Shown piece by piece: positions 55,319-64,000 of a DNA stretch of 64,000 bases. The notes beneath the pieces were generated by a model, which saw only the letters and a program-made list of their open reading frames with translations, ran no database searches and was not told where the DNA came from. The position numbers and the translations under genes are program-made. The stretch is from Eledone cirrhosa (Eukaryota), in assembly GCA_964016885.1 (NCBI GenBank), contig OZ024742.1, forward strand, positions 318,618,001-318,682,000. The letters run 5' to 3'. How positions within the stretch are numbered: position 1 is the stretch's first letter; the number at the start of each line of letters is the position of its first letter.

Positions 55319-58300
55319 GTAATTGTAATGATTTTATTTTGATGAGTGGCAAGGCTATTTTGGCAGCAAGAGGTGATGTATAGTTAAATGAAATCTCCAT
55401 AATATTTTATTTAAATCAACCACAAAGGTAAAAAAAAAACGTTGGTGTTGGTATTCTTTATTTGAAATGAAAATAGGGAATTACAGGACAGAGTACTGTA
55501 AAAGAAATATTGTCTGCTTGTCAGATGTCATGGATATTTAGGCATGTAGATTTTTAGTTACCAGTGACAATATAAAGCAATTCAACTGAGAGCCAGGAGT
55601 TCGGTTTGTTATCGACTTTCAGTAATAAATAACAACTGTAAATAATGCTAATTTTTTTCTTAGCAATGTTTCAGATTTTCAGAAATGTTAAATGTAATGA
55701 TTGTATATCTTCCTTGGTGTTTATCAAGCTTTTTTTCTTCTTCTAGATATGTAAAGTTATTTCTTAAATAGAAGACTATAATAGTGCAGAACAAACATTA
55801 GATATGAAAAATGACAATAACAAAGATATTAAAATGTTACCTTAGAAATATTTGATTGGTCCTGTTATATTTCATGGAGATTGTCTTCTCAAAGATGTTG
55901 AGAGAACATGAGAGATATAATTATTATATACCCATTAAGGTGCAGTCTTAAATTATAAAAACATCATTGCTTAATACCTGTTTTCTTTGCTAGGAACTTA
56001 ATCATCAGGTTTACTGGCCTCTCAGGTAGGAGAGTGAGTCATCTCACTTACATTCATGTGTTTCAAACATTTCTCTACATTACATCTAACAGTTAACATC
56101 CTGTAATGCATTAGCAGGAAATATTTAAAAAAAGGGGAGGTTTGTTAATTCAAACATTTATAGGTATCTTTACTAGGCAGATAGTTTAATGTGATGCAGT
56201 TATAGCGTTGTCTTGTACTTTTCAGGAATATTTTGCTAATGCTGTTACATGCAGTACAAGCTAAAAACTACTTAACCATTTCATTAACATACTTAAAATA
56301 ATAGATATTGCCTATAATTGTCAAAGTATTTTGAAAATAACTAAGAATTTGGAGGGATTTAGTAAAATGACTTTGTCATTATTAAGTTAGTGTTTGAAAA
56401 ACTATAAAAGGTTTTTAGATAAAAATAACTTTGAAATAAACACCATTGTATGTAACTAAGACCCTCAGTTGAATGTAGATATATTCAGATTAAACGAAAG
56501 CCAACCACGAACCCAAGCAAAATAAACTACACCTACAATCCACCCCCATTCCTCAGATCCAGACGACTCATGGAAGAGTTAAACCACACATGTCTTTCTA
56601 TGTCTCCAATTCCTGACAAAACAACCACCAACCTGCACCAATTATGGTATGGAGATGGATGTCATCAGGCTGCAACTGTTGTATTATATAGTTTCTATAT
56701 AATAATAATCTGCAGTGACTACAACCCCATTACATAATTAGCTTAGGGACTACCATTGACCCAAGCATCTGATGAACCTGGCATGGTACACACACGCGCA
56801 CACACATACTGACTCTAACCCTACGCTCAATTACCAGAATTTGAATTGATCTAACTCAACTGAGACTCAGCAATGACCATCAATTAATTCAAAACCATTA
56901 ATCACTTAATCTTTAGTATGCTCTAGGTGACATAAGGCACCGATAGAGTAATCTCCCCATAATACATAATTCGGTGTCAAGGGAAGCAATTCATAAAAAT
57001 TTCTAGCCTGCTAAAGATTAATGTACTCACAAAATCCGAGAAGGAAAGGATTGAAACTATAAGTCCTTCTATAACTATAGATAGCTGAGTGAATTATGGC
57101 TATAAACCTTACAAAACAAATGAAAATACATAAAAATTGATAGAAATGCAACATGAAACAAAGGATAGTTTCAGGCAGTATGGTAGTAAAATGGTAAAAC
57201 TTGTGTAGATAGGGCAATTACCATGAGTGGGGGTGGACTTTGTTTGTTTCCTTATACTTATGTGTAGATAAGGCCCGTAGTATGGGAGGGGTGGGGTTTG
57301 TTACTTTCCCCATACTTCTAGTGAAGCAGTTGCTAAGTTAGAGAGGCTGAAGCGTATTGAAATTTCTACTTTTATTTTAAAAGAATTTTTTTTAAGGAAT
57401 CATTTTACTAAATATATTTGCAAAACCTAAAAAAAATTTTTTCCTTTATTTCTAATTTTCCTGGCATTTTGTTGCCACTTGGAATGATTAACTTTGTACA
57501 AACTTTCCTGTATAGCTCTTGCTATTTCTGTCTTGTCATATTTGGTTTGTTAATGATCACTTTGTTAGTCCTCTCCACTGCACCATTTATTGTTACCTTC
57601 AATTATATTATCCAAATAATTTCTCTCTATCACTGTGTATTATAGAAAGGAATGTTTTAGACTGTTCCTTCTTCAATGTGTTTGAAAATATCATTTTGGT
57701 TTATATAAGGAAAGACTTCTCATAATAATTTTTAAATATCTTAATTTCTGTTTCTTAATGTTTTATCTATTTATTTATCTTTCTTTTCTGCTTCTGTTTT
57801 TAAAATGGCAGTGTATTTGCAGATAATGTAATATGCTGGACTAAATGTCTTTTGGTATTTAGTTTTGTCTTTCTAAGTTTGTTTTGCTGTGGTCACCTTT
57901 GCCATTTTTTTTTTTATTAGTGAGTTGATAAAATAAGTATTAGTGACATACTGGGGGTAGTTCAGTTAACTACACTCTTCTGAAAAATAATTAGCCTTGT
58001 GCCCTGTCAAAAGAAATCACTACATTTGGTTTTGCTCATATATTCAAGTTGAATTTCCTTTGCAACTTTTAGTTGTGTAAAATAAAAAAAATCTTTTGAA
58101 TTATCTTAAATATTTATATTCAGTTAAAAAAAAAAAACCACCTTTAAAGTGTAAAGTGTGCATGTTGTATTGATGTTGCTGAGTTAATATCCCTTCATAT
58201 TCTACCTTTTATCCTCCTTGCTGTTTCTATGCATTGCAAATTTTTTTTTTACCATTCAGTGTATTTAAAAAACAATGTAACTATGAAAAATGATGATGAA

Positions 58301-58352
58301 AATAAACAAATTATAAAACCCAATATGATTTTTAATATTCTATTTACTTCAG

Positions 58353-58409
58353 ATCCGGTTCTGATTCTCGTTATTCCAGATCTCGATCCCGTGACAGAAG
58401 CTACTCAAG
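58353..58409 (+). CDS. SR protein RS-domain exon
   Basis: ttcag|A TCC...TCA AG|gtaagt encodes (R)SGSDSRYSRSRSRDRSYSR; 57 bp, phase 2-2. Confidence 0.9.
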
Positions 58410-58685
58410 GTAAGTTGGGTTCGATATTTTCTGTTCTCTGGTTGCTGCTTTCAATTGAGCATTTTAACTGTTCATTCAAACTGACATATTTATATGTTCT
58501 CCAATAATCATTACTAGTGCCATATAAATAATACATGACAATCATTTCGAGTTAAAGTTTGAAGCAGGGGGAAGAAGGTAGACTGGGGAATTATCAACTG
58601 GTTGATATAATACCAGTTGCAGTTAAATGTGATCATTTTATTAAACAAGAAGCAATTTTAGTGTTTCTTTTCTTTGTTTTTCTAG

Positions 58686-58733
58686 ATCCAGAAGGAGCCC
58701 TTACTCAAGATCTCGTTCCAGGTCACGTTTCAG
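58686..58733 (+). CDS. SR protein RS-domain exon
   Basis: tctag|A TCC...TTC AG|gtaagt encodes (R)SRRSPYSRSRSRSRFR; 48 bp, phase 2-2. Confidence 0.9.
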
Positions 58734-59129
58734 GTAAGTAAACCTATCATTTTGTATGGGCTAGACTAAGTATGTGAAAGTGTATGATCTAGTGATAATG
58801 ATTTCTGAGCTGGGCAGTGCATTGTGTTCTTGAGCAAGACACTTCATTTCATATTGCTCCAGTCCACTCAACAGAAAAAAAATAGCACGACCACCACCAC
58901 CAGCAGCAGCTGGTAAAGACATGACCCAAATGGAAAAAAAAACTTGTCATCATACTTCTTTGGCCAGGTAAATGACCTTAAATGCCTATTACATTTGAGG
59001 ATTTCACTAAAAGCAATTGCAGTTAGTGGGTATAAAGATTTAGCTAAAGTAATTGGGAATGGGTGGTTTAATATTTTTATTTATTTAGTAATTTAAAAAA
59101 TTTTTCCTCACTGTCTCACATTTGTATTT

Positions 59130-59601
59130 TTAGTCTAGTATTAATGAGATGGTCTTTGCAATTTAGATGTTTATATATTGCTGTAGTGAAATGTGAAACA
59201 TGGATAGTAACTGCAGAAGATATGTGAAGGCTGGAGAGAAATGAAGCAAGCCTGCTTTTATGAATATGCATGAACAGCGAAGCATGGATGAGCCAAGGAA
59301 GAAACTGAGTAGAAGAGGAATCAAATGTGTGCAAGAGAGAAGACTGCGCTGATGTGGCCATGTGATGTGTATGGAGGATGATTGTTGGGTGAAGAATTGC
59401 CAAGAGCTCCCTGTGGAAGGAATCTGCAGTAGAGGAAAGCGAAGGAAGACTTGAGCAGAAGTGGTGAGAGCAATCCCAAAATGATGAACCTCACAGAGGA
59501 GGTGATGAAGGAACGCAATGAGTGGAGGGAATCTGCATTGTAAAATACTCATCCAACCTATGCAAGCATAGGGAAATGGATGTAAAAAGGATGATGAAGA
59601 T
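59130..59601 (+). mobile_element. Decayed RTE 3' fragment
   Basis: Remnants of ETW, LERNEA and GHVM, with a gatgatga tail. Confidence 0.75.
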
Positions 59602-59852
59602 GCACTACATGTCCCATCTCCTAATCATATCATGAAGTAGAAGTAGAACTTTTTGCCAGGCAAGTCTGCTGAAAGGTAAAAACTCTAACTCTAGAATGTG
59701 GTGTTTGAATTTGCGACTTATAAGTGGCCTAATCCCATATGTTATTGTTAACGAATAAATATTGTTGTTCCCAGAAAGGATGTTTGGAGAATGAATTTGT
59801 GTTTGTGTATGTATTGTACATGTGTTTAAATCTTCCGTTTATCTACTTACAG

Positions 59853-60302
59853 GTCATACAGCCGTTCACGAAGTCCTGAAAAAATCTCAAGATCAAGGGG
59901 AGGACATAGTTCCTTGGACATCCCACAGCGACATAAGAAAGATGAACACCATCGCAGTAGGTCAAACAGCCGCTCTCTGACCCCACCCATGCGTCAGAGG
60001 TTGTATCGCGTTCTGGATGATATTGAAGAGTCCAGCCGGCAGCACTCTCCTCGGAGTCGGTCAGTTTCACCAGAAGATCAACGAAGCAAGTATTCATCTC
60101 GCTCTAGACATGACACCAGTCATGATTTGGACAATCATGATGGTGCCCAGTCTGATACCAGTGACCACTCTGGACTGAGGAAGGAGAAGTTGGCCTTGAA
60201 AAATAGTCGGTCACGTTCCCCTAGCTATGATGGTTCCGACTTGGAAACTGGTGAAATCAGTGACCATCCCATGAGAAAGTCTCGCAAAATGAAAGCGGAC
60301 AG
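59853..60302 (+). CDS. SR protein large RS/low-complexity exon
   Basis: ttacag|G TCA...GAC AG|gttagt; 450 bp open, phase 2-2; in frame with track ORF 59914..60396 (RSRSNSRS, HSPRSRSVSPE, SRSRSPSY). Confidence 0.9.
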
Positions 60303-60399
60303 GTTAGTTTTTTTTAAAAACACTTTCTTACATTTTATGTTTCTGTTTTCTATTTCTTGTAACTCTATATCATATCAAGCAATAAGCCACTATTAAGGC

Positions 60400-60690
60400 T
60401 TAAGATGTGGTGCCCACTGGTATGTAGCATAGCAATTCACACTCAGACATTACATTATACAGTCTACCCTTTACTCCGAGAGAGAAGTCCTTTGTTGTTA
60501 GCAGAGGTACCAGCTCACTAAACTTTTTCCAGCTTGTTCTTATCCTGGCTATTACACTTTTAGAACATCCTCCCTCACTGCTGATTAAGTCACCTAGGTA
60601 CAAGTTATCAACTTCTAAGGGAGCTTCTTGACAACTGAGGGTATTTATTTCACATGTGCTCTTAGTGCTTACTTCTCCTGTGTCTATCCT
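60400..60690 (-). mobile_element. Decayed RTE fragment, inverted relative to 60715-61963
   Basis: Translates YLGDLISSEGGCSKSVIARIRTSWKKFSEL. Confidence 0.8.
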
Positions 60691-60714
60691 TTCTGTTATA
60701 TATATATTATACAT

Positions 60715-61963
60715 GAGAAGTACCTAGCTATGATAAACTACTATATTTAGCTTTTATTGATCTAGAGAAGAGGTCTTAAAGTCAACCTGACAAAGACTAA
60801 GGTACTAGTAAGAAGAAGAGAAAGCAGAACCCAGATCCCTTTGGGGAAATTACCTTGTTCTTTATGTAGGAAAGGCGTAGGTATAAACTCCATCCTCTGC
60901 CCCATATGCAAACTATGAGTACACAAGAGGTGTAGTGGGATCTCAAGAAGTTTAGCTAAGAATGTAGGCTTTACATGTAGCAGTTGCATTGTAATGGTAA
61001 GCTGCAAACAACAGCAGGAAACAAGCACTGCCAAATTCTGGGAGGGCTCTGTAGAAACAGTAGACAGCTTCTGCTATTTAGGTGGCCGAATTGGCAGTGG
61101 TGGTGGGTGTTCTGAAAGTACAGTAGCCAGAGTAAGAACAGGATGGAGGAAGTTCAGGGAGCTAATACCACTGCTGGCTACAAAAGGCTTCTCTCTCAGA
61201 ATGAAAGGCAGACTGTATGATGCGTGCATACGAACAGCTATGTTGCATGGTAGTGAGACTTGGGTGCTCTGTGCAGAAGACTTGCATAGGTTGGAAAGAA
61301 ATGAAGCTTGCATGTTCCGATGGGTGTGTGATAGTAATATATATGAATGGCGAATCATAAATGAACTGAGAGAGAAACTAGGCGTAAGAGGAATCAAATG
61401 CTGTGTGCAAGAGAGGAGATTGCGTTGGTATGGACATGTGATGTGTATGAAGGATGACAGCAGCATAAAAAAGTTAAGAGCGCTCAAAATCGATGGAAGC
61501 TTTGGAGTGGGGAGACCCAGGAAGACTTGGGATGACGTGATAAAAGCCAACCATGCCCAGTTGCACCTCTCAAAGAAGATGACACATGACTGAGATCTCT
61601 GGCAATACACAGTAATACAGAAGACCTGACTTCCCATGAGCACAAACCGAAGCATATATACAGTATGTCCCACCCCTATGAGGACAGGCCAAAGTAAATG
61701 CATCCAGTGAAGCCCTCAGCTCACACTGTAAAGTGGTTGTGATAGGGACATGGCAAAAAGTGCCCAGCCTACATTGTAAAGTGGTTGTGTAGGTGTCATG
61801 ACAAAAAGCACCCAGTACACACTGTAAATGAGGTTGGCATTAGGAACGGCATCCAGCTGTATGAACAAGACATGGTCACCTGACCTAGCATTGCCTACAA
61901 CAGGACAACCTGTCTAACCCATGCTGGCATGGAAAATGGATGTAAGATGGAGGTGATGATGAT
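60715..61963 (+). mobile_element. Diverged 5'-truncated RTE LINE with 3' UTR and (GAT)n tail; further scraps at 62020-62225
   Basis: ORF 60994..61593 is homologous to the C-terminus of 16565..18682; the PHD region has a stop. Confidence 0.9.
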
Positions 61964-62492
61964 ATATGTATATATATATATATATGTATATACGTGTGTG
62001 TATGTTACTGTAAATGGGACAAACTCGTCTAACCCATGCTAGCGTGGAAGATGGAATTTAAACGATGATGATGATGATGATCTAGAGAAGGCTTTTGATA
62101 GAGTTCTTTGATCTGTCATCTGGTGGTCCTTAATAAAACTAGCCATAGAAGAATGGCTCATAAGAGCAGTGTAAGCCATGTTCAGAAGAACCATTAGTAA
62201 GGTGAGAGTAGGCAATGAGAAATGGTAATTAAAGTCAAACCCAGTGAGATCCAAACTCAGCTTACTAAAGGACATAACTAAATGCCACAAAGCATTTTAT
62301 TTTGTCTGAAACTGTACCGATTCTGCCAAGTTCACAACCTTCCAGTATCAATTGTAATTTATGATAATCAAAATCTTTTTAGAATCATTTGGATGAAAGC
62401 ATTTGTTTTTGTGTGTGTTTTTTTATTTTTTATTGCGTACCTTTAATCTGATGTTTGTTATTGCTATTTTCTGCTCTTTTGTATATTTTCAG

Positions 62493-62586
62493 ATCTCCGT
62501 CTCCAGACAGACCCTACGCTGCACTGACCAGTCGTACCTCTAATCCCGGCATCTACCACAGATCTGACAGTGATGAAGAAAAATGA
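62493..62586 (+). CDS. SR protein terminal coding exon
   Basis: ttttcag|A TCT CCG...GAA AAA TGA encodes (R)SPSPDRPYAALTSRTSNPGIYHRSDSDEEK*; phase 2 matches the upstream exon. Confidence 0.85.
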
Positions 62587-62882
62587 ATAGACACACAATA
62601 GAAGGGAATTTTTCTCCTAGTTTCTTTTCCTTTCCATCCCTCCCTCCCTATCTCTCTCAAGCAAGAACCAATACAAATGAAAAAGCATGTTGTATTTAAA
62701 CAAGTAGATTTTAGATTGTTTTTTTTTTTTTTTCAAATCGCCTATTTAATCATTTATTCAATTTTCTGGTTGTAAACCCCCTTCCCTCTCCATAGATACT
62801 ACTACACACACACACTCATATATTCATCTACTTTTGTTTTTGTTCATTCTTGGTTCCTCATTATCAAAACTAATACTCTCGA

Positions 62883-62948
62883 AACCTAAAGGAACATATA
62901 TCTTACTACATATATATTATATGTATATATATATAGTACCACTAGATA

Positions 62949-62994
<46 letters not shown>

Positions 62995-63060
62995 TATCTA
63001 GTGGTACTATATATATATACATATAATATATATGTAGTAAGATATATGTTCCTTTAGGTT
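62883..63060. repeat. Perfect 178-bp palindrome centred on (TA)n in the putative 3' UTR
   Basis: aacctaaaggaacatatatcttactac...actagataatgtg(TA)n cacattatctagt...gtagtaagatatatgttcctttaggtt. Confidence 0.95.
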
Positions 63061-63083
63061 GTGTGTGTGTATGTATATATAAA

Positions 63084-63117
<34 letters not shown>

Positions 63118-64000
63118 CATACACTGATATGCACACACCTACACGTGTGTATATACACTTTCTCTCTGAAGACACTTAACACCTTTATCATTTATCTAAT
63201 ATTTTTTTCTATCCTAGAAGTTTTTTTTTTTCATTTTTGTTTGCTTGTTTTCATTTTTGGGTTGTATATTTTCTTGGTCTCCTATTATTATTATTATTAT
63301 CACTATTGTGACAAGTGTTGTAGAACAAGGGTAAGCTGAGTCTGTTAGCTGCTTTACTTACCTGCTTCTAACCATTTTACTTATGCTCTTGGGACAAGCA
63401 TAAACAGCACAAAATTCTCATTTTTGTCTCCTAAGGCTCTTTGCCTATTCTTTCTTTTACTTTTACTGGTTTCAGCTATTAGATTATGGCTATGCCGGGG
63501 CACTGCCTTGAAAATCCTTTTTTTTCTTTTGAATTAGTAAAATGTGGGTGACTGAGACAATAGTGCCAAAACTAAATACATGGAAATGTTTAGTTTCATC
63601 CTTCTTGGTTCAGAATTCAAATTCTGTCTGGTTTAACTTTGCCTTTCACCCCACTGGGGGTGTTGATAAATAGACACCAGTACTAAACTTGGGTTCATTC
63701 AATTAACTGTACCCTCTCCCCTTAATACTGGCTTCGTGCCTAGTCAAAAGAATTCACCAACCTCATTATTATCATTATTATTATCAAGGCGGTGGATTGG
63801 CAGTATCGGTAGAGCATCAGACAAAATGCTTTACGGCACAGTCATGGCCCTTTACGTTCTGAGTTAAAATCCCTAGCTTTGCTTTTCATCCTTACGGGGG
63901 TCAATAAAATAAAGTACCAGTAATTCACTGGCGGGGGGGGGGGGGGATTTAATCGACTTTCCCCTTCTCCCAAATTGTTGGTCTTGTGCCTAAATCAGAA

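Noticed and set aside
56765-56795. CTGATGA followed by a short hairpin
   Set aside because: No GAAA or closing stems follow.

Overview
AT-rich eukaryotic genomic DNA, most likely from a coleoid cephalopod such as an octopus (inferred from the SINE/LINE repertoire and microsatellite load; not verified). The window has two domains. (1) Positions 1-19750 are an irregular (TA)nTG microsatellite field, with G on the + strand from 1 to ~14840. About 12 retroelement pieces from four families are nested in it: a CR1-clade LINE, an RTE LINE with a PHD-like finger in ORF2, an internally deleted second RTE family, and a GIY-YIG Penelope-like element. Almost every junction falls in TA/ATG repeat. (2) Positions ~19800-64000 hold six phase-2 coding exons (29106-62586, + strand) of an SRSF3/RBP1-like SR splicing factor, whose 5' coding exon was not located. 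Its introns carry a frameshifted Tc1/mariner element, piggyBac-like and Tc1/pogo MITEs, tRNA/Deu-Nin SINEs, RTE fragments and minisatellites. The least expected signal is a set of minimal type I hammerhead ribozymes. Four have intact cores and several are decayed. Two pairs sit back-to-back in long fold-back palindromes (11652-11902 and 20681-21122). A perfect 178-bp hairpin also lies just after the SR gene stop codon. The many Y/I/M/C-rich ORFs in the track are microsatellite artefacts.
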